43,753 bases of DNA from Candidatus Eiseniibacteriota bacterium (GTDB taxonomy: Bacteria; Eisenbacteria; RBG-16-71-46), in the NCBI GenBank assembly GCA_038231135.1, contig JBBRLX010000036.1, forward strand, positions 1 to 43,753, read 5' to 3'. The position numbers and the translations under genes are program-made. Below are positions 9,578-19,218 of this stretch, piece by piece. Numbering within the stretch: position 1 is the stretch's first letter; each line of letters begins with the position of its first letter. The notes under the pieces were generated by a model. That model saw only the letters and a program-made list of their open reading frames with translations. It made no database searches and was not told the DNA's origin.

Positions 9578-10108
9578 ATGAAGAACCTGATGTTGCGACG
9601 CGTGCTGCTGTCCGGTGTGCTCGTGCTGAGCGTGCTCGCCGTGGGCTGCGCCAAGAAGTCCGTGAAGGCGCCGCCGACGCCGCCTCCTGCTCCTCCCCAG
9701 GAGCATGCGACCCCGCCCACCCCGCCCAAGTCCGACACGGGCACCGAGACTCCGACGCCGCCGCCGACCAACGTCAGCACCGACTTCCAGCCGGCGTTCT
9801 TCGACCTCGATTCCTATTCGCTGCGCGAGGATGCGCGGACCGCGCTGGATGCGGACGCCAAGCTGCTGCGCGATAAGACGGACGCGAAGCTCACGATCGA
9901 GGGCCACTGCGACGAGCGCGGGACCGACGAGTACAACCAGGCGCTCGGCGAGAAGCGCGCGCAGGCCGCGAAGGAGTACCTCGTGAACGCGGGCATCGAC
10001 GGAGGACGGATCCAGGTCGTCTCGTACGGCAAGGAGCGGCCGTTCGATACCGGCCACGACGAGTCCGCGTGGGCGAAGAACCGTCGCGCCCACCTCGTCT
10101 CCCGATGA
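9578..10108 (+). CDS. pal: Peptidoglycan-associated lipoprotein Pal
   Basis: GGAGG RBS, lipobox [40 protein letters not shown]. Confidence 0.95.
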   Translation: MKNLMLRRVLLSGVLVLSVLAVGCAKKSVKAPPTPPPAPPQEHATPPTPPKSDTGTETPTPPPTNVSTDFQPAFFDLDSYSLREDARTALDADAKLLRDKTDAKLTIEGHCDERGTDEYNQALGEKRAQAAKEYLVNAGIDGGRIQVVSYGKERPFDTGHDESAWAKNRRAHLVSR

Positions 10109-10905
10109 GAGTGGCGTTCCACGTGCCGGGCGCGCCTGTCGCGCCCGGCACGGTGTCCGGCGCGCGCCCGGGCTCGCGTCGTGCCGCGCATGCGGCGCGC
10201 GCCGGGTGGCTGCCGCTGGTGCTGCTGGCGGCGGGCGGGTGTGTTCCACCGCAGTTGCTCACGCTGCGCGGCAGCCTGGACAGCCTGCGCGTGGTGGTCG
10301 ATACACTGACGGTGCGCGACGAAGCCGCCTACCGGCTGGTGGCGGACACGCGGCGCGAGGTCGCGGAGCAGCGCGACATCCTGCTCAGCACGCGCGCCAC
10401 GACCGGCAGCACCACGAAGGACCTGTTCGAGCAGATGAGCCGCCTCGAGGGCAAGCTCAACGAGGTGATGGGCCGGTTCCAGCAGATGGGCGCCCGCACG
10501 TCGGCGCCCCCGGCGCCCGGTGCGCCGGATCCCGCGACGCTCTACGATCAGGCGATGCAGGACCTCACGCAGGGCCGGTATCCGCTCGCGCTCCAGAATT
10601 TCCGGGAGTACCTCCGCCGCGCGCCGTCCGGCGAACTCGCCGACAACGCGCAGTACGGAGTGGGAGAGTCGTTCTTCGCCCAGTCCAAGTTCGACAGCGC
10701 CGTGGTGGAATATGCGCGCGTCGAAGTCGTCGCGCCGCAGGGCGACAAGATCCCGGCCGCCCTGTACAAGCTCGCGCTGAGCCAGGACAAGCTCGGTCAG
10801 ACCGCCCCCGCCAGGCAGACCCTCGAGACCCTCGTCCAGCGTTTTCCGCTTTCGGGCGAAGCGCAGCTCGCCCGTGAGCGCCTCGGTACGCCCCGTCATC
10901 CCTGA
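10105..10905 (+). CDS. cpoB: Tol-Pal system TPR protein CpoB/YbgF
   Basis: Coiled coil then TPR ([24 protein letters not shown]); ATGA overlap with pal; possible lipobox AAGGC; true start may be later. Confidence 0.85.
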   Translation: MRVAFHVPGAPVAPGTVSGARPGSRRAAHAARAGWLPLVLLAAGGCVPPQLLTLRGSLDSLRVVVDTLTVRDEAAYRLVADTRREVAEQRDILLSTRATTGSTTKDLFEQMSRLEGKLNEVMGRFQQMGARTSAPPAPGAPDPATLYDQAMQDLTQGRYPLALQNFREYLRRAPSGELADNAQYGVGESFFAQSKFDSAVVEYARVEVVAPQGDKIPAALYKLALSQDKLGQTAPARQTLETLVQRFPLSGEAQLARERLGTPRHP

Positions 10906-12652
10906 CCGGCGGGCGCGATTCGCGCTCGGCGCGACCCTGATCTGGATCGGCGCCGTCGCGGCGGCCTGCCTCGCCGCGGACTCCGCTCCGGGGCACCCCG
11001 GCGCGCCTGCCGAGCCCACGGCACCCGCCGTTCCCACCGCAGTGCGTCCCCAGGTCCCCGCCACTCCGGGGTTGCGGGTGGGAGTGGCGGACACGTCCGG
11101 CGCGCGGCCCGGCACGGGTCCCGGCGAGGCGCTCGACGGGCTGCGAATCTCGGGCATCGATCTTCGCCCGCTCAACATCTACGACCCGATTCCGCCGGGC
11201 CGGCTGGCGGTGTTGTACCGCCTCGCCGACCGGATGCACATCCGCACCCGCGAACACACGCTCGAGAGCCAGCTGCTGTTCGGCCGCGGGGATCGGTGGA
11301 GCGCCGCGCGCGGCCGCGAGCAGGGACGCAATCTCCGGTCGCTGGATTTCCTGACGCCGGTCAGCATCACGCCGCGACGCAGCGGAGATTCGGTGCGCGT
11401 CGAAGTCGTGACGCGCGATCTGTGGACGACGTCGCCGGAGTTCAACTTCGAGAGTTCGGGTGGCAACAAGTACGGCGCCGTGGCGTTCACCGAGAAGAAC
11501 CTGCTCGGGTTCGGCAAGTCGCTGTCGTTTTCGTTGCGTCACGACCCGGTGGGGCAGTCGCGGGCGTTGTCGTACTACGATCCCAATGTCGGCGGCTCGC
11601 GCACCGGGCTGTCGCTGGTGGGCGAGCGCGGCGGCGGCGGCGGGGCCTCGCACCTGATGCTGGGAGTGCCGTTCTGGGCGCTCGCCGCGCCCCGCACGTA
11701 CGGCGTGTCCTACGACCACGCCACCTCGACGCCCGTGATCTACTCCACCGGCAGCGAGGTCGCGAACTTCGATCAGCGCATCGATGATGCCAGGATGTGG
11801 TGGGGACACGGGTCCTACCGCGACTCGATCGTGCGCCGGTACACCTACTCGATTCACGTGCGGGACCGGCTGCTGGGACCGTTGCACGCCACCACCGCAC
11901 GGCCGATTCCGCCCGAGTTCATCGGCGGTACCGACCGGCTGCGGCTGAATCGCTTCGAGACGGAGGCGCGCTGGTGGCGCCCGCAGTACCAGGAGCGGGT
12001 CGGCGTCGATCAGATGGGCGTGATCGAGGACTTTGATCTCGGCACCTCGGTCACGCTCGACGCCGGGATCGCGCCCGGTGTGTTCGGCGGCGACGCCGAG
12101 GGCTACGTCGGCGCCGCGGTGGCGCAGGGCGTGAACACCGGCCTCGGATTCGGCTGGGCCGAGGGTTCGGTGCACAGCCGGATGCGCAACACCCCGCGCG
12201 AGCTGGTCGAACGCATCGACGCGCACTGGGTGCATCAGTCGCTCGGCCGCCAGACGCTGGTGCTCGCGGCGCACGGCATCGCGGGGTTCCAGATGGATCG
12301 CGACTTCCAGGTGGTCGTGGGCGGATTGAACGGATTGCGGGCCTATGCCGTGCAGGCGACGGAGGGCCGCCGGTTGTGGCGCCTGAACGCCGAGGATCGC
12401 TGGCGGTTCGGGGACCTGTTCGGCGGACTGTTCACGACCGGGGCGGTGGTGTTCACCGACGCCGCGCGCGCGTGGGGCCCGGGCGCCGGGGGCAGCCCGT
12501 GGTTCGTGGATTCGGGATTCGGGCTGCGGTTCACCGCACCCCAGTGGACGCTCGGCCGAGTGGTGCGGCTCGACCTCGCGTGGCCCGTCACCCCGACCCG
12601 CGATGGCAAGCGCCAGCCGGTGTTCTCGTTCGGATCGAGCCAGGCGTTTTAA
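10874..12652 (+). CDS. Omp85 (BamA/TamA-like) outer-membrane beta-barrel protein
   Basis: POTRA-like segment (HIRTREHTLESQLLF), barrel start FTEKNLLGFGK, GGLNGLRAY loop-6 equivalent, terminal Phe. Confidence 0.75.
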   Translation: MSASVRPVIPDRRARFALGATLIWIGAVAAACLAADSAPGHPGAPAEPTAPAVPTAVRPQVPATPGLRVGVADTSGARPGTGPGEALDGLRISGIDLRPLNIYDPIPPGRLAVLYRLADRMHIRTREHTLESQLLFGRGDRWSAARGREQGRNLRSLDFLTPVSITPRRSGDSVRVEVVTRDLWTTSPEFNFESSGGNKYGAVAFTEKNLLGFGKSLSFSLRHDPVGQSRALSYYDPNVGGSRTGLSLVGERGGGGGASHLMLGVPFWALAAPRTYGVSYDHATSTPVIYSTGSEVANFDQRIDDARMWWGHGSYRDSIVRRYTYSIHVRDRLLGPLHATTARPIPPEFIGGTDRLRLNRFETEARWWRPQYQERVGVDQMGVIEDFDLGTSVTLDAGIAPGVFGGDAEGYVGAAVAQGVNTGLGFGWAEGSVHSRMRNTPRELVERIDAHWVHQSLGRQTLVLAAHGIAGFQMDRDFQVVVGGLNGLRAYAVQATEGRRLWRLNAEDRWRFGDLFGGLFTTGAVVFTDAARAWGPGAGGSPWFVDSGFGLRFTAPQWTLGRVVRLDLAWPVTPTRDGKRQPVFSFGSSQAF

Positions 12653-12668
12653 AGCGCTGCGCCAACGC

Positions 12669-12698
12669 TTGACGGGACCTCGGAGCGCTGCGTAGCGT
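12669..12698 (+). promoter_or_regulatory. Sigma-70-type promoter candidate
   Basis: TTGACG-N18-TAGCGT followed by GAGGAG RBS and ATG 12717. Confidence 0.55.
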
Positions 12699-12716
12699 GC
12701 CCCGCGAGGAGACCCC

Positions 12717-13199
12717 ATGAACCTGAACGCCGTCCCCCTCACCGTTCCCGCCGGCGGCAACCTCGTCGTCGGGCAGTCGCACTTCATCAAGACCGCCGAG
12801 GACCTCGCCGAAATCGCGGCCGCCGTGCCCGGTGCCCGGTTCGGCATCGCGTTCTGCGAAGCGTCGGGTCCGTGCCTGATTCGCACCGAGGGCAATGATC
12901 CCGGGCTGATCGCGATCGCGGCCGGCAACGCGCAGCGCGTGGGGGCGGGGCACACGTTCTACGTGGCACTCCAGGACGTGTTTCCGCTCACGATGCTGAA
13001 CGCCATCAAGGCGTGCCCGGAGGTGTGCGGCGTCCACTGCGCGACCGGCAACCCGGTGCAGGCGATCGTGGCGGACACCGAGCAGGGCCGCGGCGTGCTC
13101 GGCGTGATCGACGGCGCGTCACCGGCCGCGGTCGAGGACGACGCGGCGCGCGCCGAGCGACGCCGGCTGCTGCGCACGCTCGGGTACAAGCGCGGATGA
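12717..13199 (+). CDS. Adenosine-specific kinase family protein (PAE2307/DUF355-like)
   Basis: GQSHFIKT, FGIAFCEASG, CATGNPVQ, GRGVLGVIDG, LGYK motifs. Confidence 0.88.
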   Translation: MNLNAVPLTVPAGGNLVVGQSHFIKTAEDLAEIAAAVPGARFGIAFCEASGPCLIRTEGNDPGLIAIAAGNAQRVGAGHTFYVALQDVFPLTMLNAIKACPEVCGVHCATGNPVQAIVADTEQGRGVLGVIDGASPAAVEDDAARAERRRLLRTLGYKRG

Positions 13200-14347
13200 G
13201 CGCCGAGACCGCGCCGGTGGTCGTGATCGGGGCGGGCTGCATCGGCGCCGCGATCGCGTATCGATTGGGACGGCTCGGCGTCCGCGACGTGTGCGTGCTC
13301 GAACGCGAGCCATTCGCCGGCGCCGGGTCCACGTCCAAGGCCGCGGGCGGCATCCGTGCCCAGTTCTCGACGCCGGCGAACGTGCGGGTGTCGATGCTGG
13401 CGATCGAGCACTTCCGGCGGTTCGCCGAGGAGCTGGAAACGGACCCGGTGTACTTCCCGGTGGGGTACCTGTTCCTGCTGTCGAACCCGGGCCAGTGGCA
13501 GGCGTTCCGGGATCAGGTCCGCATGCAACAGGGCCTGGGACTGCCGGTGCGCACGCTCACGCCCGCCGAGGCCCTGGGTCTCGTCCCCGAACTCGCCGTG
13601 GACGATCTGCTGGGCGCCACGTTCTGCCCGGCCGACGGACTCGGCAGCCCGCACGAGGTCACGCAGGCCTATGTCACCCAGGCGCGGCGGCTCGGCGTGC
13701 GGTTCGAGTTCGAGCGCCCGGCGCGCGGGCTCGAGCTCGACGGCGAGCGCGTCACCGGTGTCGTCACCGAGCGCGGCACGATCTCGACCCCGTGGGTGGT
13801 GAACGCGGCGGGTCCGTACGCCGCCGAGATCGCGGCGTGGGCGGGCGTCGACCTTCCGGTCAAGCCCTATCGCCGGCATTGCTTCACGACGCTGCCGCTG
13901 CCGTTCGTGCGCGACGACCTGCCGATGATCGTCGACATGGGCTCGGGCGTGTACATGCATCGCGAGAGCGGGGGCATGCTGCTCGGGCTCGCGAACAAGG
14001 ACGAGCCCCCGGGATTCGACACCCGCGTCGACTGGGAGTTCCTCGAGCGCATGATCGAGCCGGCCGTGCACCGGCTGCCCGCGCTCGAGACCGCCGAGGT
14101 GTCGAACGGCTGGTCGGGGCTCTACGAGACGACGCCCGACCACAACGCGGTGATCGGGCCGCCGGCGCACATGGCGGGGCTGATGCTCGCGAACGGCTTC
14201 AGCGGCCACGGGTTCATGCACGCGCCCGCCGTCGGCCAGCTCGTGGCGGAGTGGATCGTGGACGGCGCGCCCAGCCTCGACCTCACGCCGTTCCGGCTCG
14301 AGCGCTTCGTCGGCGAGTCCGTGCCCGCCGAAGCGAACGTGATCTGA
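13196..14347 (+). CDS. FAD-dependent oxidoreductase (DAO / sarcosine oxidase beta-like)
   Basis: VVIGAGCIG, GSTSKAAGGIR, VVNAAG, WSGLYETTPDH, GFSGHGFM; ATGA overlap with upstream gene. Confidence 0.9.
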   Translation: MSAETAPVVVIGAGCIGAAIAYRLGRLGVRDVCVLEREPFAGAGSTSKAAGGIRAQFSTPANVRVSMLAIEHFRRFAEELETDPVYFPVGYLFLLSNPGQWQAFRDQVRMQQGLGLPVRTLTPAEALGLVPELAVDDLLGATFCPADGLGSPHEVTQAYVTQARRLGVRFEFERPARGLELDGERVTGVVTERGTISTPWVVNAAGPYAAEIAAWAGVDLPVKPYRRHCFTTLPLPFVRDDLPMIVDMGSGVYMHRESGGMLLGLANKDEPPGFDTRVDWEFLERMIEPAVHRLPALETAEVSNGWSGLYETTPDHNAVIGPPAHMAGLMLANGFSGHGFMHAPAVGQLVAEWIVDGAPSLDLTPFRLERFVGESVPAEANVI

Positions 14348-14349
14348 CC

Positions 14350-14994
14350 ATGCCGCTGCTCCACCGCTCGCTCCGCCTCGGACCGCTCGACAACAACACC
14401 TACGTGCTGGCGTGCAGCCGCACCCGGCACGCGGCCGTCATCGACGCGGGCTTCGAGCCCGAAGCCGTGCTGGCCGCGGTGCGCGCCGCGGATCTCGAGG
14501 TGCGCCTGCTGCTCAACACCCACGGGCACTACGATCACGTCGCCGGCATGCGGACGGTGCAGGACGCGGTCGGCGGCGAGTACTGGATCCATCCCGCCGA
14601 CACCTGGTTCCTGGACAACCTGTCGGAGCAGGGCGCGATGTTCGGGTTCCCGCCCGCCGAGCCGCCGCGCGACGCGCATCCGCTCGGGGATGGGCTCGAG
14701 CTCGCGTTCGGCGACGTGACGCTCGAGGTGATCCACACCCCGGGTCACACGCCGGGCGGCGTGTGCTTCCGCCGCGGCGACGACCTGTGGGTGGGGGACA
14801 CGCTGTTCGCGGGGTCGGTCGGACGCACCGATCTGCCCGGCGGCTCGTTCGCGGATCTCGAGCGCTCGATTCACACGCGGTTGTTCACGCTCGACGACGC
14901 GCTGCGCTGCCATACCGGCCACGGTCCGGCCACCACGATCGGCGACGAGCGGCGGACGAATCCGTTCGTCGGAACGCCGGCGCGGTTCGCATGA
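14350..14994 (+). CDS. MBL-fold metallo-hydrolase (glyoxalase II / YcbL-like)
   Basis: THGHYDH, HTPGHTPG, GDTLFAGSVGRTDLPGG, GHGPATTIGDE. Confidence 0.9.
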   Translation: MPLLHRSLRLGPLDNNTYVLACSRTRHAAVIDAGFEPEAVLAAVRAADLEVRLLLNTHGHYDHVAGMRTVQDAVGGEYWIHPADTWFLDNLSEQGAMFGFPPAEPPRDAHPLGDGLELAFGDVTLEVIHTPGHTPGGVCFRRGDDLWVGDTLFAGSVGRTDLPGGSFADLERSIHTRLFTLDDALRCHTGHGPATTIGDERRTNPFVGTPARFA

Positions 14995-16082
14995 CCGATC
15001 GGGACTCCCCGGTGGGCCGGGCGCCCGGCGACTGGGTCGCGAACCTGCGCTTCGATCCGACGGCCTGGATCGCGCCGGGCGCCGTGGTGACCGGCGACGT
15101 CCGGCTCGGGGCGCGCAGCAGCCTGTGGTTCCACACGGTGCTGCGTGGCGATACCGCGCCGATCACCGTGGGGGACGACAGCAACGTGCAGGACCTGAGC
15201 GTGGTGCACGTGGACGAGGGCTTCCCGGCCGTCATCGGCGCGCGGGTCACGGTCGGCCACCGCGCGATCGTTCACGGCTGCACGATCGCGGACGACTGCC
15301 TGATCGGCATGGGGGCGATCGTGCTGACGGGCGCCCGGATCGGCGCGGGATCGCTGATCGCCGCAGGCGCGCTGGTGCGGGAGGGTCAGGAGATTCCGCC
15401 GGGTTCGCTCGCCGTGGGCGCCCCGGCCCGCGTGGTCGGGCCGGTCGCGGACGCGCACCGCGAGGCGATCGTGCGCGGCGCGCATCACTATGTTGAACTG
15501 TCGCGCAGCTACATGCGGCGCGGTTTCGCGCGGCCGCATCCCGCGCGTCGGTCCGACGCCGGCACCTCCGGGCGTGAAGCGTCGGCGGCTCCCATGACCG
15601 AGTTCGAATGGGCGCAGCTCGTGCGCGCGCTCGAAGCCGGGCCCGCGGAAGTGGCCGCGACGATTCACGGCGTCACTCCCGAGCGCATGCGGCGGCGCCC
15701 CGGCCCCGAGCGGTGGAGCGCGCTCGAGGTGCTGTGCCACGTGCGCGATTCCGATCGCGATGTGCTGGTGCCGCGGCTCGCGCGCATGCTGGCCGACACC
15801 GGCTCCGAACCCGGGCTGTGGATCGAGAACATCGACATGACGGGCTGGGAGCGGGAACGCCATTACGCCGCCGAGACCCCGGAGCCCGTGCTCGCGGCGT
15901 GGGGTGACGCGCGGGCCGCCGCCGTGGCGCGGCTCGCGACGCTCGGGCCCGCCGAGTGGTCGCGGTTCGCGATGCATTCGGTCCGCGGACCGTATCCCCT
16001 CCAGGCGATGGTACGCGGCTGGCTTGAACACGATCTGTCGCACCGCCGCCAGATCGCGCGGGCGCTCGGTGCCGGCGGCTGA
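14991..16082 (+). CDS. Fusion: gamma-carbonic-anhydrase-like (YrdA/CaiE hexapeptide) domain + DinB/YfiT domain
   Basis: N-half VLRGD, NVQDLSVVH, VTVGHRAIVHGC; C-half from ~15594 WSALEVLCHVRD ... EHDLSHRRQI; one uninterrupted 363-aa frame. Confidence 0.85.
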   Translation: MTDRDSPVGRAPGDWVANLRFDPTAWIAPGAVVTGDVRLGARSSLWFHTVLRGDTAPITVGDDSNVQDLSVVHVDEGFPAVIGARVTVGHRAIVHGCTIADDCLIGMGAIVLTGARIGAGSLIAAGALVREGQEIPPGSLAVGAPARVVGPVADAHREAIVRGAHHYVELSRSYMRRGFARPHPARRSDAGTSGREASAAPMTEFEWAQLVRALEAGPAEVAATIHGVTPERMRRRPGPERWSALEVLCHVRDSDRDVLVPRLARMLADTGSEPGLWIENIDMTGWERERHYAAETPEPVLAAWGDARAAAVARLATLGPAEWSRFAMHSVRGPYPLQAMVRGWLEHDLSHRRQIARALGAGG

Positions 16083-16098
16083 CGCGGCCGGGGCGGCC

Positions 16099-16815
16099 GT
16101 GATCCGGCTGCACGCGCCGTCGCCGATGGTGGCGCGGCTCGCCACGGCGCTGTCCGCGCGCGGCCACGCCCTGCGATCGGTGCGCGACGCGCCGTCCGTG
16201 GCGGGCGGTCCCGCGGGCCACGCGACGGGCGCGCGCCGCGACCCCGGTCTCGCGCACACGTTCGTATTCGGCCCCGGCGAACCGGCCGCAGCGGTGGCGG
16301 ACGCGCTGTGGGATGCGGGTCCCGGCGACCGCGTCCTCGTAGTGGGCTGGATTGGCACGCACCGCGATGCCCGCTGTGCGGCACTGCGCGCCGCATGGGA
16401 GCTCGAGGAACGCGGCCGGGCGGCCGCGCTGCCGGTGCTGGCGGTGCGGCTGGGCCCGCTGGTGAGCCGCGACAGTCCGCTGTGGCACAGGCTCGCGGCC
16501 GGGCCGCCCGCCGGGCGCGCCGCACGCACCGTGCTGCACCCCGCACTCGAGTCCGACGTGGTGGAGACGCTGGATCGCGCGCTGCGCGGACGCATCGACT
16601 GGAGCGGATGGCACGAGCTCGGCGGCTACGAAGTGTTCGATCTCCGTGAGCTGGCCGCGCTCGCGCGCGCCGCGGCGCCGGCCGCCGGTGGCGAATGGGA
16701 GCCGGGCCTCGACGCGCTGGCCGAGCAGCGGCTGATCGAGCCCGGGCTATGGGCGCGCTGGGCGGGGTTCGAGCCGGCGTCGGTGCGCGCCGGGGCGAAC
16801 GCGTGGGCCGCGTGA
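16099..16815 (+). CDS. Degenerate atypical SDR / NAD(P)-binding epimerase-like protein
   Basis: GTG start, in-operon position; AVRLGPLV, VLHPALESDVV and HELGGYEVFDLRELA resemble extended-SDR C-terminal motifs; no Gly-rich dinucleotide loop. Confidence 0.55.
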   Translation: MIRLHAPSPMVARLATALSARGHALRSVRDAPSVAGGPAGHATGARRDPGLAHTFVFGPGEPAAAVADALWDAGPGDRVLVVGWIGTHRDARCAALRAAWELEERGRAAALPVLAVRLGPLVSRDSPLWHRLAAGPPAGRAARTVLHPALESDVVETLDRALRGRIDWSGWHELGGYEVFDLRELAALARAAAPAAGGEWEPGLDALAEQRLIEPGLWARWAGFEPASVRAGANAWAA

Positions 16816-17420
16816 CCGCGCGCCGCCCGGGCACTGCCGCGCGATCCGTCCGGCCCGGCGCACGCCCCGCGACCCGCGTCGCCGTGGGTCCCGCCGCCCG
16901 CGTCGTGCGTCCGGCGCATGCCGCCGCGGCGCTGGGGCCGGCCGGGTGCGCGGTGCTCACCGTGAGCGACACGCGCACCCAGCGCGACGATCCGGGCGGC
17001 GACGCCATCGCGCAGCAACTGGTGCGCGCCGGCCACCACGTGGTGCGCCGCGCGTGGGCGCGCGACGACGTGCGCGCGATCCGCGTCGCCGCGCGCCGGG
17101 CACTGGCGGACCCCGGCGTGGACGCGGTGATCGCCACCGGCGGCACAGGCATGGCGCCGCGCGACGTGACGCCCGAGGCGCTCGAGCCGCTCCTCGACCG
17201 GCGGTTCCCGGGGTTCGGCGAATGCTTCCGCATGCTGTCGTGGGAGCAGGTCGGCAGCGCCGCATGGCTGTCGCGCGCCGGCGCCGGCACGGCGCGCGGC
17301 AAGCCGATGTTCTGGCTGCCCGGTTCCCCCGCGGGTGCGGCGCTCGCGCTTCGCGTCCTGATCCTGCCGGAGCTCGGCCACGTGCTGCGGCTGCTCGAAC
17401 GCCCGCCGGCCAGGAGGTAG
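16812..17420 (+). CDS. moaB: MogA/MoaB molybdopterin-binding protein
   Basis: AVLTVSD, ATGGTG, RDVTPEA, PGFGE, SRA, LPGSP; GTGA overlap with previous gene. Confidence 0.85.
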   Translation: MTARRPGTAARSVRPGARPATRVAVGPAARVVRPAHAAAALGPAGCAVLTVSDTRTQRDDPGGDAIAQQLVRAGHHVVRRAWARDDVRAIRVAARRALADPGVDAVIATGGTGMAPRDVTPEALEPLLDRRFPGFGECFRMLSWEQVGSAAWLSRAGAGTARGKPMFWLPGSPAGAALALRVLILPELGHVLRLLERPPARR

Positions 17421-17424
17421 CGCC

Positions 17425-17979
17425 ATGAGCATCAAGTCCGACCGCTGGATTCGCGAGATGTGTCTGACTCACGGGATGATCGAGCCGTTCGCGGACCGGC
17501 AGATGCGCGACGGCGTGATCTCGTACGGCGTGTCGTCCTATGGCTACGACGTGCGCATCGCCGACGAGTTCAAGATCTTCACGAACGTGAATTCGACGAT
17601 CGTGGATCCCAAGAACGTCGATTCCAGGTCGATGGTCGACTTCAAGGGCCCGGTCGCGATCATTCCGCCGAACTCGTTCGCGCTCGGCCGCACCGTCGAG
17701 TACTTCCGCGTGCCGCGCAACGTGCTGTGCGTCACCACCGGCAAGTCGACCTACGCGCGCTGCGGGATCATCACGAACGTGACGCCGTTCGAGCCCGAAT
17801 GGGAGGGCCACGTCACGCTCGAGATCAGCAACACCACGCCGCTGCCGGCCCGCATCTACTCGAACGAAGGCATCGCGCAGGTGCTGTTCTTCGAGAGCGA
17901 CGAGGTGTGCGAGGTGTCCTACCGCGATCGCAACGGCAAGTACCAGGGCCAGCGGGGCATCACGCTGCCGAAGCTGTGA
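17425..17979 (+). CDS. dcd: dCTP deaminase
   Basis: [56 protein letters not shown]. Confidence 0.97.
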   Translation: MSIKSDRWIREMCLTHGMIEPFADRQMRDGVISYGVSSYGYDVRIADEFKIFTNVNSTIVDPKNVDSRSMVDFKGPVAIIPPNSFALGRTVEYFRVPRNVLCVTTGKSTYARCGIITNVTPFEPEWEGHVTLEISNTTPLPARIYSNEGIAQVLFFESDEVCEVSYRDRNGKYQGQRGITLPKL

Positions 17980-18943
17980 TCCCGTCGAGCAGCTTGCGCG
18001 CGAGCCGGTCCCAGCTCCACGGCGCGGCCGCCTCGGGGCCCCTGGCGCCGAGCCGTTCGCGCAGTGTGCGGTCCCGCAACAGCCGGGCGACCGCGCGCGC
18101 GATGAACCACGGATGGCGGAGCGGGATCACGAGCGCCGTGTCGCCGTCGCGCGCGAAGTCGCGGGTGCCACTCGGCGTGCACGCCACCGCCGCACCGCAC
18201 GCCATCGCCTCGAGCGCGGTGTTGCACCAGCCGGCCTTCCGCTCGGCGGCGACGAACACGTGCGAGGACTGGTAGAGCGCCACCAGCTCTGTCTGGCTGG
18301 GATCGATCACGTAGCGGGCGCCCGGCGGCAGCGGGGCGCCGTCGCGCGGATCCGGGCCCGCCTGGGGGCCGCGGGCGTCGAACAGCACGGTCTCGAACTC
18401 CGGGACATGCCCCCCGAGTGAGGTGAGCGCCCGGAGCACCAGATCGGTGCCCTTCTTGGGCCGTGACCGCCGGCCGTTCACGAGCACCCGCAGCGGGGCC
18501 GCCGCGCGCTGCGCCGCGTCGGGCCGGAAGTGCGCGAGGTCGATGCCGCCGGCGCCGTCGAGCACGGGGCGGCGCGCGCGCCTCGCGACCTGGCGCACGA
18601 GCGCGGTGGAGTTCGCCGCCAGCAGCACGCCACGGTCGGCGGCTGCGCGATCGAGACCGGGATCCCGCTCGAGCACGCAGTAGTAGACGTGGCGGCCCGC
18701 GCGATGGGCGCGAAACGCGTCGTACGTGTCGCGCTCCCCGCACAGCGCGACATCCGACGCGGCGGCGGCGGCGTCCGCGAGCGGACGCGTGGCACCCCGG
18801 AACTCGAGCCACGCGGGCGGAGTTCCCGCGGGGTGGTAGAGCGTGACGGCGTGACCCATGCCTGTCCACGCATTGCCAAGTTCGACGTGGCGTCGCACAC
18901 CGCCGAACACGCCGACGTGCGGCAGGAACAAAGCGATTCTCAT
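17960..18943 (-). CDS. Glycosyltransferase family 4
   Basis: N-terminal FGGVR loop, [24 protein letters not shown] near C-terminus. Confidence 0.85.
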   Translation of the reverse strand: MRIALFLPHVGVFGGVRRHVELGNAWTGMGHAVTLYHPAGTPPAWLEFRGATRPLADAAAAASDVALCGERDTYDAFRAHRAGRHVYYCVLERDPGLDRAAADRGVLLAANSTALVRQVARRARRPVLDGAGGIDLAHFRPDAAQRAAAPLRVLVNGRRSRPKKGTDLVLRALTSLGGHVPEFETVLFDARGPQAGPDPRDGAPLPPGARYVIDPSQTELVALYQSSHVFVAAERKAGWCNTALEAMACGAAVACTPSGTRDFARDGDTALVIPLRHPWFIARAVARLLRDRTLRERLGARGPEAAAPWSWDRLARKLLDGITASAA

Positions 18944-18952
18944 GAGGGCCCG

Positions 18953-18961
18953 AGGCTATCA
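18953..18961 (-). promoter_or_regulatory. Extended -10 element 9 nt upstream of the GT4 ATG
   Basis: TGA-TAGCCT-N9-ATG with no SD. Confidence 0.45.
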
Positions 18962-19129
18962 AAAGACCTTCGGTGCGCGCGAACGGTGCACCCAAAGCTG
19001 CAATTCGAACCGATCGGCAGTCACGAAGTGTTTCGGTGTGAACCGCGCTGCGTCGCGTACTGGAACGGCACGCCACCCGGATGCACGGCGAACGCCGCAA
19101 TCACCGCCAAACACAGGAATGCGCCAGAC

Positions 19130-19145
19130 TGGCACGCACTCTGCT
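19130..19145 (+). promoter_or_regulatory. Sigma-54 (-24/-12) promoter candidate for dnaK
   Basis: TGGCACGCACTCTGCT with exact GG-N10-GC, 73 nt upstream of the dnaK ATG. Confidence 0.65.
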
Positions 19146-19218
19146 GTACCCCACGCAGGGCTTGAGCCCGGCGGCCAATGGGTCGTCGGCGTGGTCTCCG
19201 CCTATGGAGGGTGAGGCA

